Sequence record: OP628075.1 | Strand: one strand, 5' to 3' | Length of the DNA: 32,000 nt | From: Lysinibacillus phage vB_LfM_LysYB1 | Part shown: piece after piece, positions 1 through 9,452 of the stretch | Layout of the letters: every line of letters begins with the position of its first letter | Numbering within the stretch: the first letter of the stretch is position 1 | Made by a program: the position numbers and the translations under genes | The notes under the pieces: generated by a model | The model's input: the letters and a program-made list of their open reading frames with translations, nothing else | Databases searched by the model: none | What the model was told of the DNA's origin: nothing

Positions 1-64
1 TGTGGGCTTTATTTTTGTACATATGATTCACTTGTTGGTTAGGTTGACATAATCTTTTCAAAAT

Positions 65-97
65 AGGGAAAATATTTTGACATACCCTCCTTATTTT
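65..97 (+). promoter_or_regulatory. weak candidate phage middle-type promoter upstream of the first ORF
   Basis: AGGGAA (65-70) ... CTTATTTT (90-97); a degenerate match to the motif seen better elsewhere in the window. Confidence 0.25.
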
Positions 98-133
98 ATA
101 ACAAGAGTAGACTTGAAATAATGGAGATGAGGA

Positions 134-1336
134 TTGTTGAATCTAATTGAGCAAATATTCAAAAAGGGTGGAACGGTTATTCCAGATGAGGTGTGGGATT
201 GTGAAGAGTTGACTCCAACGGACATAAAGCTATACAAGATTCTGTTGGATTACGGTAAGCTCGTGTACAATTTAGCTCATGGGAAGTTCACTACAGACAA
301 CTATCCAATTATAACTGTTTCGCAAGAGACACTTTCCAATAAAGTAAGAACGTCTATAAAGACTGTACAGACTTGCCTAAAGAGATTAGCATATGTGAAA
401 CTCATCAAGGTAGACCGATACAACGGTTATAAGTGTAACAATAAAATAATATTGACTGGCGAGTTCTACGGTATACAGCCCAATAAAAAGGTGAAGGAGG
501 AGCCACAAGAACCTAAAAAGGAGTTGAGTGTTGTGGAGAAGAAAATCAAACGCGTGTCTGTGAAGAGAGTTCCAATCAAGTTCCCAAAAACACTAGCACT
601 AGAAGCGAAGCTCAGAGAGCTTGGAGGTCTAACATATTCTGAGAAAGCAATATTCGCTATATCCAGACACTACGACATGTTGGCGCGAGAGTTTAACCAC
701 CTTTCTGGTTATCGTTCATTGCCGAGGAAGGAACAACAAGAACACAAAAACTGGAAGCAATTTGTAAAGCTTCATGACCTTTGTAAAAGTAGAGCTTGGG
801 ACGTAAACCTCTATCTTGACGCGCAATTTGAAAGAGCTAAGAAATATTGGAAAAACAACAAGATAAAATACCCACTCCCAAACATGTTGTGTTCAGAGAA
901 ATCCAAGTTGTACTTCGAGCGGTATTTGGAAGACCGCCGAGAAAAATATGCGCAAGATATAAATAACAAACAAATTGAAAAGGGACGAAAAACTGTTACT
1001 ATTAAACAGAAACTCATACAAGATGTTGTACGTTCCACAGAGTATCTGTCAATGTACATTAGGGAAGATATGGACGAACGAGGTAGGGAAGAGGACAAAG
1101 CAGTGAGAATTTATCACGCTTGGGAAAGTTACTCACCAGCTTATCTGTGGTCAATTGATTGGTTTAGGGAATTCATAACGGACTTGTCTACAGTACAACC
1201 AGATAATCCAAAAGTCCAGGAGATACTGGCAGAATTTGATTTAATAAACCGTTCAAAGAGTCTCCAGGAAGTTGTGGTGAAAGCGGTTTCAATGTCTGAA
1301 AAACAGTTCAAAATACCGAAAAATATCGCAATTTAA
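134..1336 (+). CDS. replication initiation/organizer-like protein with N-terminal winged-helix-like segment
   Basis: 400 aa ORF, TTG start with RBS-like GGAGATGAGGA; HTH-like TVSQETLSNKVRTSIKTVQTCLKRLAYVKLI; sits directly upstream of a DnaB-like helicase. Confidence 0.6.
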   Translation: MLNLIEQIFKKGGTVIPDEVWDCEELTPTDIKLYKILLDYGKLVYNLAHGKFTTDNYPIITVSQETLSNKVRTSIKTVQTCLKRLAYVKLIKVDRYNGYKCNNKIILTGEFYGIQPNKKVKEEPQEPKKELSVVEKKIKRVSVKRVPIKFPKTLALEAKLRELGGLTYSEKAIFAISRHYDMLAREFNHLSGYRSLPRKEQQEHKNWKQFVKLHDLCKSRAWDVNLYLDAQFERAKKYWKNNKIKYPLPNMLCSEKSKLYFERYLEDRREKYAQDINNKQIEKGRKTVTIKQKLIQDVVRSTEYLSMYIREDMDERGREEDKAVRIYHAWESYSPAYLWSIDWFREFITDLSTVQPDNPKVQEILAEFDLINRSKSLQEVVVKAVSMSEKQFKIPKNIAI

Positions 1337-1408
1337 GGAGTCAACTTCTACTCTCTCACCTTAATTTATAGCGAGTTTCATAATCACCAAAAGGAGGGGG
1401 TTCAACCC

Positions 1409-2884
1409 TTGAGTGGAATATACGACTACAGTACAACATTCCAAGAGAAAATTCTGGCTATGTTGTGGCGAGATTCAACCTTTTACGCTCTGTACCAGGA
1501 CGTAATCAAACCTCAATACTTTGAGATGGACATTCACATGGATTTATCCAGAATAGTCCTTAACTTCTATGAAAAGTATGAAACTCCGCCATCTTTAGAA
1601 GCAGTACTGGAAGAAATTCGTGTTTTATGTAGTACGTCCAAAATCAAGAAGGAGAAATTCAAGGACTACCTGGGGACTGTTGAAAACCTAGTAGAAATGA
1701 ATTTATCTGATATTGAGTATGTTCGGGACAAGGTTGTAACCTTCGGACAAAAGCAAGCTCTTACAGAAGCCATACTTGAATCCGTGGACGACGTACAGAA
1801 GGGAACGAACTTTGAGAAGGTAAAACACCGTATTGATGAAGCTAGTCAGGTGGGTCAGAACATAGGCGACCTTGGGACGTTCTACTTCCAGTCGCTCGAA
1901 GAACGGATTCCATCTTTCTACAGCAGACGTGATATTGACAAAGTACCGACTGGTGTAGACCTGTTAGACAAGGCTATGCACGGAGGACTCGGACGAGGAG
2001 AGCTTGGAATTGTTATTGCTCCTCCAGGTACTGGTAAAACGTTGTCTCTGGTAAACTTCGGAGCGGCAGCTTCAATGGCTGGTTACAATGTCGCCCACTA
2101 CTCACTTGAGATGAACGAGGAAATGGTATCATCACGTTATGATATGCGATTCGTTGAAAAGGACTTCCAATACATCAAGGAAAACCAAAGCAAGGTTGTA
2201 GCAGCTCTGTCAAGACTCTCCAAGATGAAACGCGGAGAGCTGATTGTAAAAAGCTACCCCACAAGAACTGCTACAGTATCCACTATTAAATCGCACCTTA
2301 CAAAGCTACGCATTTCAAAAGGTTTTGTACCTGATTTAATCATTATCGACTATCCTGACATTCTTCGACCAACACGTGACTACGGTGAGAAGCGACACGA
2401 GCTTGAATTGCTGTATGAAGAAATCCGAGCTTTGGGGCAAGAGTTCAACGCAGCTGTATGGGGAGCTTCACAGACTAACCGTGGAGCGCTAGCAAAGAAA
2501 GTAGTAACGATTGCCGACTTGGCTGAATCCTTCGGTAAAGCAGCGGTTGCCGACTTTATGATTGCACTTTCACAAACGAAAGAGGAAAAACGTAATGGAG
2601 AAGTTCGCTACTATGTGGCTAAACACCGTAACGGACAATCCGACGAGACTATCCACTGTGATATTTACTACGACAAGATGATGATTCAGTCTAATGCGGA
2701 ACGTGAAACGGCTTTCGACTTGGATGATGAAAACGATGATGAAGAAACACGTAAACAAAAGTGGTCAAACAAGAAGAAGCAAATGGATGACAACAGGGCT
2801 AGGGAAAAGGCTGACGCAGACAAAAATGAGAACTCAGTAGCTAACGAAATACTCGACAAGATGAATAAAGACAAGCAAGCCTAA
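1409..2884 (+). CDS. replicative DNA helicase, DnaB/RecA-fold
   Basis: 491 aa; GVDLLDKAMHGGLGRGELGIVIAPPGTGKT (Walker A), IIIDYPDIL (Walker B), GASQTNR; AAAAGGAGGGGG RBS upstream of TTG. Confidence 0.92.
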   Translation: MSGIYDYSTTFQEKILAMLWRDSTFYALYQDVIKPQYFEMDIHMDLSRIVLNFYEKYETPPSLEAVLEEIRVLCSTSKIKKEKFKDYLGTVENLVEMNLSDIEYVRDKVVTFGQKQALTEAILESVDDVQKGTNFEKVKHRIDEASQVGQNIGDLGTFYFQSLEERIPSFYSRRDIDKVPTGVDLLDKAMHGGLGRGELGIVIAPPGTGKTLSLVNFGAAASMAGYNVAHYSLEMNEEMVSSRYDMRFVEKDFQYIKENQSKVVAALSRLSKMKRGELIVKSYPTRTATVSTIKSHLTKLRISKGFVPDLIIIDYPDILRPTRDYGEKRHELELLYEEIRALGQEFNAAVWGASQTNRGALAKKVVTIADLAESFGKAAVADFMIALSQTKEEKRNGEVRYYVAKHRNGQSDETIHCDIYYDKMMIQSNAERETAFDLDDENDDEETRKQKWSNKKKQMDDNRAREKADADKNENSVANEILDKMNKDKQA

Positions 2885-2910
2885 CTTATATGTAGAGAGG
2901 GGAAAGCGAT

Positions 2911-3981
2911 ATGAAGATAGCAGCATTTGGGGATAATCACGCCCATATGTTTACAGACTTCGCTGAGGTTGACGTAGAGACGGGGAACACTCGTTTCACC
3001 CAACAGTTGAAAGCATTAAGATATATGAGAAAATATTGTGTCGACAACGCTATCAAAATCATTCTGTTTGCTGGAGATTTATTCCACAAGCGTAAAGCGG
3101 TTGACACAGTAACGTTTAATATGATTCATGAGGAAATCAAAGCCTTTGGAGAAGATGACATAACGGTCATTATGATTCCAGGCAACCACGACCAGGTTGA
3201 CAACAGTGATTTCCCTGAACACTCTTTGAAAGCCTTCAAGGAACTAGACAACGTGGTGTTACTCGACAAATTCCATCAGTACTACCATGTTGAGGAAGAC
3301 GGTGAAGTGTTCATATACCCAGCACCGTACTCTAAGAACGCTGCTATGGTGAAAGAAGAAATCAACAAGTACGCTGAGAATGCTAAGAACCATCCTGAAT
3401 GCGCTAACATACTTTTAGGTCACTTGGGAATAAGCGGAGCATTTGTTGGTAAAGGGAGCTACGCTATGTCTGATGCCTTCTCCTATGAAGACCTACGACC
3501 TGATGCCTTCGACTTCGGAGTGTTTGGACACTTCCACAAGAGACAATTCTTGGGAGGCAACCCAAACTACTTCTACACGGGAGCGCCGATTCAACACAGC
3601 TTTAATGATGAGGGTGAGGATAAAGGCTTCATGGTAATGGACACTGAAGAAAAGACTTCAACATTTGTACCGATTCCAGCGCCAAAGTTTATTACTGTGA
3701 AGGTGAAAGACCCAAGCGAAATTGAGAATATGACGAAAGAGCTTGAAGGTAACTTCATACGATTCCAGGTGGATGCGGAAAAAGTTGACAAGCTTATAGA
3801 ACAAATTCCAGAAGGTCAGAAGTTCCGTGTGGAAGCCCAGAAGGAGTTCAAAGAAGAACGACGAGTTGACGTAGACTTGTCTATGTCCTTTGCTGAAATC
3901 ATCACTGAATACGCCAAGAAGTTCAACCCTGGTGCGTTGGAAGTCGGTCTGGATATTCTGAGGGAGGTTGAAGGCAAATGA
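2911..3981 (+). CDS. sbcD: SbcD/Mre11-like (T4 gp47-like) metallophosphoesterase nuclease subunit
   Basis: Motifs GDNHAH, AGDLFHKRKAVD, IPGNHD, LGHLG, GHFHKRQ. Confidence 0.92.
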   Translation: MKIAAFGDNHAHMFTDFAEVDVETGNTRFTQQLKALRYMRKYCVDNAIKIILFAGDLFHKRKAVDTVTFNMIHEEIKAFGEDDITVIMIPGNHDQVDNSDFPEHSLKAFKELDNVVLLDKFHQYYHVEEDGEVFIYPAPYSKNAAMVKEEINKYAENAKNHPECANILLGHLGISGAFVGKGSYAMSDAFSYEDLRPDAFDFGVFGHFHKRQFLGGNPNYFYTGAPIQHSFNDEGEDKGFMVMDTEEKTSTFVPIPAPKFITVKVKDPSEIENMTKELEGNFIRFQVDAEKVDKLIEQIPEGQKFRVEAQKEFKEERRVDVDLSMSFAEIITEYAKKFNPGALEVGLDILREVEGK

Positions 3982-5879
3982 GACTAAAAACAATGGGTAT
4001 ACAGAATTTCATGTCCATCAGGAAAGCTGAAGTTCCTTTGGAGAACCAAGGGTTGATTCTTATTCAAGGGAAGAACCTTGATGACCCAGCCTTTGAATCC
4101 AACGGGGCAGGTAAGTCCACTATCTCTGAAGCGCTTGTGTGGGCTATCTATGACAAGACTGTTCGTGGGTTAAGCGGTGACGAGGTAGTCAACAACAAAA
4201 TCAAGAAGAATACAAACGTGTGGTTGGACTTTGAGGATGACAACAAGAGTCAGTACCGCATTTCACGTTACCGAAAGCACAACGAACATAAAAACAACTG
4301 TAACATATTCAAGGATGGAGTCAACATAACTCCAAAGAGTACCAAGGACGCCAACAAGATGATTGAATCCATAATCGGTATGAGCTTCAATACTTTCTTG
4401 AACTCTATCTTGTTTGGTCAGGGAGCTGTGAAGTTGTTCTCTGTGGCGACGGACAAGGAAAAGAAAGAAATCCTTGAACAAATTCTACAGATTGACGAGT
4501 TCAACCGTTTACTGGATACAACAAAGCAACGGCTCTCTTCCAAGAAATCTGACTTATCTGAAATACTCGCTGAGGATAAGAAAACTCTGCACTTGATAGA
4601 GGAAGTAGAACAAACTATTTCACAGCTAGAACGAGCGGAGCTTGAAGATTCGAAACGGGTTGAAGAAGAAGTTGGGGAACTAAAAGAGGAGCTTAAAACG
4701 GCAAATAAAGAGCTTTCCGAGCATATGAGTTCTTCGAACGACTATTCTGCTAGACTGGGAGCGTTAGAAGCTATATTGAAGAAGGTTGAAGATAAACTTG
4801 CCTCATTTAAGCAGTATGAGGATATGAAGTCCAACCTCTCTTTGGATAAACGTGACCAAGAGCGAGAATTGGAACGGTCTGTAAAGGCGGTCAAGGAAGG
4901 TAAAGAGGAGCTTGAAAAGATTGCCCAGGGAAAAGGAACGAACTGCCCTGTGTGCGGTCAAGACATATCGGATGAATCAATTCAATCGGCTATGCGTCAT
5001 GTGGCTGTAAAAATGGCTGAACACAAAAACATGATTAAACATTGCACATCAGTCATAGCAGAGTTATCTGAAGACCTAGCAACTATCAGCAAGGCTCTTG
5101 AAGGAAAGGACAAACTTACCAAGCAAAAAGACACCATATTGGGAGAAATTTCTGAAATTAACGCTTCTATTAGAGCAGAAGCGAATTTGAGAAAGTCGCT
5201 TCAGTCAAGAGTTGACAACTTGGAAAGCTCCATTGAGAAGTTGGAAGCCAAGAAGGGTACAACGTACCGTCCGCTGATTGAGGAAAAATCCAAACAGTTG
5301 AGTGTGTTTGAACAGAAGCTAGAGGACAATAAAGGACAAAGAGGAGCTATTGAGAAGGAGATTTCTGACCTTGAGTTCTGGGTTGAAGGCTTTGGTAACT
5401 CTGGAATCAAGTCTTATCTGTTGGACAATGTCACTCACATTCTGAATAAGAAGTCGAATGAATACCTCAGTAAGTTAGCAGGGAGTACAACCACTATTGA
5501 GTTTTCAACTCAAACAAGGCTTACAAGCGGTGAACTTCGAGACAAATTTGAGGTTCGTATCCTGAATGCTGTAGGCGGAGAGTCTTACACAGCCAACTCT
5601 ACGGGTGAGAAAAGAAGAATTGACCTGGCCATTTCACTAGCACTACAACATTTGGTTAAGTCGAGAAGTAACGGGCGCTTGAACTACCTTTTGTATGATG
5701 AGATATTCGATGGACTTGATGCTGTTGGCTGTGAAAATGCAATTCAGCTCTTAATGGAAATCCAGCAAGAGGTTGAATCTATACATGTTATCACACATAA
5801 CGACATACTCAAGGCTTACTTTGACAAATACCTCATTGCTACCAAGGAGGGAGGAGCCACAAGAGTACACAGGGAGTGA
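3978..5879 (+). CDS. sbcC: SbcC/Rad50-like (T4 gp46-like) ATPase subunit
   Basis: FESNGAGKSTI Walker A; coiled-coil flanking a CPVCGQ zinc hook; LLYDEIFDGLD Walker B; ATGA-type overlap with sbcD. Confidence 0.92.
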   Translation: MRLKTMGIQNFMSIRKAEVPLENQGLILIQGKNLDDPAFESNGAGKSTISEALVWAIYDKTVRGLSGDEVVNNKIKKNTNVWLDFEDDNKSQYRISRYRKHNEHKNNCNIFKDGVNITPKSTKDANKMIESIIGMSFNTFLNSILFGQGAVKLFSVATDKEKKEILEQILQIDEFNRLLDTTKQRLSSKKSDLSEILAEDKKTLHLIEEVEQTISQLERAELEDSKRVEEEVGELKEELKTANKELSEHMSSSNDYSARLGALEAILKKVEDKLASFKQYEDMKSNLSLDKRDQERELERSVKAVKEGKEELEKIAQGKGTNCPVCGQDISDESIQSAMRHVAVKMAEHKNMIKHCTSVIAELSEDLATISKALEGKDKLTKQKDTILGEISEINASIRAEANLRKSLQSRVDNLESSIEKLEAKKGTTYRPLIEEKSKQLSVFEQKLEDNKGQRGAIEKEISDLEFWVEGFGNSGIKSYLLDNVTHILNKKSNEYLSKLAGSTTTIEFSTQTRLTSGELRDKFEVRILNAVGGESYTANSTGEKRRIDLAISLALQHLVKSRSNGRLNYLLYDEIFDGLDAVGCENAIQLLMEIQQEVESIHVITHNDILKAYFDKYLIATKEGGATRVHRE

Positions 5880-5884
5880 TAGCT

Positions 5885-6106
5885 ATGTCAAGAATGGAAG
5901 AGCTTTTGGAGGTACGTAAGAAAACTCTCAGTCACAGTGATAAACTGATTGACGTTTGTCACGCTTGTACCAAAAGACGACCTTTCACCATGGACAGACA
6001 AAATCCAGTATGTACTGACTGTCCTATCCAAAAAGAAATTTACAAAGTCCGAGCGGTACTGGATGGGACTTTGAGTGAAATGAGAAGTATAAGGAAGCGG
6101 GGGTGA
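5885..6106 (+). CDS. small zinc-ribbon-like protein
   Basis: VCHACTKRRPFTMDRQNPVCTDCP: two paired CxxC motifs; ATG 5885 preceded by AGGGAG. Confidence 0.65.
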   Translation: MSRMEELLEVRKKTLSHSDKLIDVCHACTKRRPFTMDRQNPVCTDCPIQKEIYKVRAVLDGTLSEMRSIRKRG

Positions 6107-6112
6107 TGGAAC

Positions 6113-7111
6113 TTGTTCGTTGACTACATGGAACAACTTCTAGGTGAAGCCAAGTACAACCATTCCCACACTGAAGCGAACTGGGACTGTCCATTCTGTG
6201 ACGATTCCAGAACACGCTTCAGGATGCACACTTCCAAATTAGCAGGACATTGCTTCAACTGTGGTTGGGGCGGTAGCGCAATAAAGTTTGTCAGCGACTA
6301 TCAGAAGGTAAGTTGGCATGACGCTCTGGACATAGTGAACTTCTATGAAGAGTACAGACCACTACCGCAAAACGTGTTTGAGGAAGTCTTTGACCGACTT
6401 ATTATTGCTGGTCAAGATGTAGAGATTACAAGGAAGTACATTCCATTACCAAGCGACTTCAAGCTGCTGTCAAATTCAGCTTCGCTACAGGCAAAGAGGT
6501 ACTTGGATTATGCTAAGTCAAGAGGACTGTCAGATAAACAGATTGCGCTACATGGTTTGGGCTTCTGTCCAGTTGGTGAGATAAAGCTGACTGAGGAGAA
6601 AAGCACAAATTTAGACAATCATCTGTTTATTCAGACGTACGACGACAATAATGACCCAATATACTGGATGGCAAGGGCTATTAGGAAAGACATCAAGCCG
6701 AAAGCCTTCAATCCAGTAGGCGTTACAAACACTATAAACAAGTCAGATGTAATCTTCAATTTCAATAACGCAAAGAAACACGGCGTGGTTGTAATAAACG
6801 AGGGTGTTTTTGACGCAACAACTGTTGGAGATTATGGGACGGCGCTGTTTGGTAAGACATTAAGTGCCAGACAGCTCCTTCAACTTATACAAGCAGACCT
6901 GGACGCTGTGTATATAATGCTTGACCCAGATGCCCTTAAAGATGCGCTGAAGATAGCTGACTTACTGAGTAAGCATATCAGAAATGTATACTTGTGTGAT
7001 TTACAAGACGGCGACCCAAATGAGGTTGGGAGAAAAGGCTGTTTAAGCGCTCTGTCTAAAGCGGAGCGGTACACAGCTTTAACATCATTGAAATATAAAT
7101 TATTACGTTGA
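6113..7111 (+). CDS. DnaG-type DNA primase (start may be ATG 6128)
   Basis: N-terminal zinc motif CPFC...HCFNCGWGG, TOPRIM-like VVVINEGVFDATTVGDYGTALFG and VYIMLDPDA. Confidence 0.88.
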   Translation: MFVDYMEQLLGEAKYNHSHTEANWDCPFCDDSRTRFRMHTSKLAGHCFNCGWGGSAIKFVSDYQKVSWHDALDIVNFYEEYRPLPQNVFEEVFDRLIIAGQDVEITRKYIPLPSDFKLLSNSASLQAKRYLDYAKSRGLSDKQIALHGLGFCPVGEIKLTEEKSTNLDNHLFIQTYDDNNDPIYWMARAIRKDIKPKAFNPVGVTNTINKSDVIFNFNNAKKHGVVVINEGVFDATTVGDYGTALFGKTLSARQLLQLIQADLDAVYIMLDPDALKDALKIADLLSKHIRNVYLCDLQDGDPNEVGRKGCLSALSKAERYTALTSLKYKLLR

Positions 7112-7128
7112 AGGGTGGAACTTTTATT

Positions 7129-7683
7129 ATGTTATCATTACCGTATTTTTCAGAGTCAGGAATTGAGATTTTCTACGGAACTGCTGGTTCAGCTGGTCTA
7201 GACCTACCATTGTGGGATGCTCGCATTACACATAAATACGTCGAAGCAGCAATTGCAGGGGCTACTGAAGAGGAGCTGGATTCACTAGAAGCTAAATTGG
7301 TTCAGGATAAAGAGTATATGGAAACTCAATCTGTTACGTTACAACCTATGGGACAACTTACAATCAAAACTGGTATCTATGTGGGTATTCCAGAGGGCTA
7401 CTATGGGTCATTGGACACTCGTAGTAGCACATCAAAAATCCGCCAAGACCTACTTTGTCACACTATTGATGAAGATTTTCGAGGGAATATGCGTCTGGCT
7501 GTTATTAACCTACATGAAATTCCCGTGACGTTGAAAATGGGACAATCTATTGCTCAGCTTATCATACAGAAGTATGAGAAAGTAGAACCTAAAGGACATA
7601 AGAGCCTTGGAGAGTTCCTAGCTTCTGTAGCAGCTACTGAACGCGGTGAAGGTGGTTTTGGTTCCACTGGGCGTAACGTCTAA
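7129..7683 (+). CDS. dut: dUTPase (trimeric dUTP diphosphatase family)
   Basis: Motifs GSAGLDLPL, YGSLDTRSSTS, GxxDxDFRGN-like HTIDEDFRGNM, GQSIAQLII, RGEGGFGSTG. ORF track starts at TTG 7108, but ATG 7129 follows AAGGGTGG. Confidence 0.9.
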   Translation: MLSLPYFSESGIEIFYGTAGSAGLDLPLWDARITHKYVEAAIAGATEEELDSLEAKLVQDKEYMETQSVTLQPMGQLTIKTGIYVGIPEGYYGSLDTRSSTSKIRQDLLCHTIDEDFRGNMRLAVINLHEIPVTLKMGQSIAQLIIQKYEKVEPKGHKSLGEFLASVAATERGEGGFGSTGRNV

Positions 7684-7707
7684 TACAAAGTAAAGAGGTG
7701 TGATTGT

Positions 7708-8358
7708 TTGAGCGGTTACTATTTCCCATCTACAGGGTTTATACATGTTATAACTGGTCCAATGTACTCTGGTAAGACTACTGCGCTTATGGCTAGAATA
7801 AAGCGGGAAGTAATAGCAGGAAAACGGTCTATGATTTTCAAGCCAGACATAGATAATAGATACTCCACGGAGAACATAATGTCCCATGACGGAGAAGAAA
7901 TTCACGCCAATAGCATACGTTGTAAGTTGAACAAAGGGAAAGAACCAAGAGCTGTATCCAAGCAAATTCTTAAAGAAATTCACCCATCTGTAGACATAGT
8001 AGGAATTGACGAAGGACAATTCTTTGACCAACAACTGGTTGAGGTGTGCGAAACTCTTGCCAACAGGGGTGTTCAGGTTGTGGTGTCAGGAGTTGATATG
8101 GATTATCGTTGTCAACCTTTTGAGCCTATGGCTAGTCTTATGGCTGTAGCGGAATTTGTGGACAAGATTCCTGCTGTATGTTTCGTTTGTGGTGCTCCAG
8201 CCACAAAGATTCAAAGATTCCACAACGACCATCCTTCACTTTGGTACGAACCAACTATTGTAGTGGGCTCAAACATTGAAGGAGACAGCTTCCAATATGA
8301 AGCCCGTTGTCGCAAGTGTTATGTTGAACCAATAAAATTAATCTTAGGAGGCAAATAA
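7708..8358 (+). CDS. tdk: thymidine kinase
   Basis: VITGPMYSGKTTALMARIKR, VVGIDEGQFF, zinc-binding CFVCGAPA ... CRKCY. Confidence 0.93.
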   Translation: MSGYYFPSTGFIHVITGPMYSGKTTALMARIKREVIAGKRSMIFKPDIDNRYSTENIMSHDGEEIHANSIRCKLNKGKEPRAVSKQILKEIHPSVDIVGIDEGQFFDQQLVEVCETLANRGVQVVVSGVDMDYRCQPFEPMASLMAVAEFVDKIPAVCFVCGAPATKIQRFHNDHPSLWYEPTIVVGSNIEGDSFQYEARCRKCYVEPIKLILGGK

Positions 8359-8361
8359 AAT

Positions 8362-8844
8362 ATGGCTAAAGTCGAGATTGTTAATGAAACTGAAACGAAA
8401 GTAAGCGTACAGGAAGCTAGACGTTTGCAGAAACAAGCGGAGAAGGATGCGGAGAAACAACGTAAGTGGGAAAACACTATGATTACTCGTGGAGAATCTT
8501 ATGCTGCTTCTCAACAAATTGCTCAACAGGTTATCAGCGTTGAAGCACAGAACATGGTCAATTACATGCGCGAACCTCTTCAAGTCAGTTTGTTACAAAT
8601 CATGGCTATCTCTACGCTTCTTATGGAGAAAGGCATAATCACAGAGGATGAATATCAAGCTGCACTGGACAAGGTAGCTGAGAAAGCTGAGTCATCTATG
8701 AAGGTGCAGGCTCAGGAGGTAGAAGCGGTTGACGAAAGCGAAAAGTACGGCGAAACAAAAGACGGAGTCAGCTTCCCAAACAAAGGGAATGAAGAAGAAC
8801 GATACGCAGAACAAGCCCAAAAAGAGGAAGAACAGCAGAGCTAA
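8362..8844 (+). CDS. hypothetical charged/coiled-coil protein
   Basis: 160 aa ORF in tight operon context; no recognised domain. Confidence 0.7.
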   Translation: MAKVEIVNETETKVSVQEARRLQKQAEKDAEKQRKWENTMITRGESYAASQQIAQQVISVEAQNMVNYMREPLQVSLLQIMAISTLLMEKGIITEDEYQAALDKVAEKAESSMKVQAQEVEAVDESEKYGETKDGVSFPNKGNEEERYAEQAQKEEEQQS

Positions 8845-9325
8845 AGGCGCTGGGTTCGAGCGAGTAGCAGCAAAGCTCCTTACTGAATGGTGGGGAGCTG
8901 AATTTCATAGAACTCCAGCGAGTGGAGGGCTTCACTGGAAGAGGGATAACCGCGTGGCAGGTGACATAGTAGCTCCTGCTGAAGCAACTGATTATCCGTT
9001 CTCAAACGAGTGCAAGAAGGTTGAAGGATGGAACTTTGAACAGATTATCAAGGGAACTGGTTTGGTAACTGACTGGTGGTCTCAATGCTGTAGAGACGCT
9101 AGTGAAACAGACAAAATTCCTCTGTTATTGTTCTCAAAGAATCGCTCACCTATTTATTACATGGTACACCAAGAACATCACATCAAGATTGTTGACCTTC
9201 CAAATAGAAATTACTTCATAACAACGTTTGAGCTAGAAGACAAAGAACACTGTGTGGCAATTGGAATGTTCGATGACCTGTTGTCAATACCCAAGGCTTC
9301 CATAGTGAAAAACTTAAACAGCTGA
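8789..9325 (+). CDS. putative Holliday-junction-resolvase-like / PD-(D/E)XK nuclease
   Basis: RAKGAGFERVAAKLLTEWWGAEFHRTPASGG...GDIVAPAE...NECKKVEGW, like resolvase-type nucleases; ATG 8789 chosen, ORF track extends to 8729. Confidence 0.6.
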   Translation: MKKNDTQNKPKKRKNSRAKGAGFERVAAKLLTEWWGAEFHRTPASGGLHWKRDNRVAGDIVAPAEATDYPFSNECKKVEGWNFEQIIKGTGLVTDWWSQCCRDASETDKIPLLLFSKNRSPIYYMVHQEHHIKIVDLPNRNYFITTFELEDKEHCVAIGMFDDLLSIPKASIVKNLNS

Positions 9326-9334
9326 CTAATGTTG

Positions 9335-9370
9335 AGCGTGAGGTAGAAATAAAAGACCTCACGCTTTCAT
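9335..9370 (+). terminator. terminator-like hairpin
   Basis: AGCGTGAGGT (9335-9344) / ACCTCACGCT (9356-9365), perfect 10-bp stem; short U-poor tail. Confidence 0.55.
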
Positions 9371-9378
9371 TGTATTGA

Positions 9379-9409
9379 AGGAGAACAAAGGTTTTATGAG
9401 GGTTCATTT
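9379..9409 (+). promoter_or_regulatory. SPO1-like middle-type promoter candidate upstream of nrdE
   Basis: AGGAGA (9379-9384), 18-bp gap, TTCATTT (9403-9409). Confidence 0.55.
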
Positions 9410-9452
9410 ATATTAGAGAATACCCTAAAATTACCCAAGGAGTGAGGAACAA

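Noticed and set aside
44-82. TTGACA hexamers at 44 and 77 as sigmaA promoters
   Set aside because: No adequate -10 box at 16-18 bp from either.
811-1098. Minus-strand ORF (95 aa) opposite the first gene
   Set aside because: Fully antisense to a well-supported + strand ORF, low-complexity Ser/Phe-rich translation typical of shadow ORFs.
1336-1367. AGGAGT ... TTAATTT as a tenth middle-type promoter
   Set aside because: Second box is imperfect (TTAATTT) and spacing is 19 nt; kept only as a weak possibility.
3658-3993. Minus-strand ORF (111 aa)
   Set aside because: Antisense to the sbcD-like gene with strong motifs; no family features.
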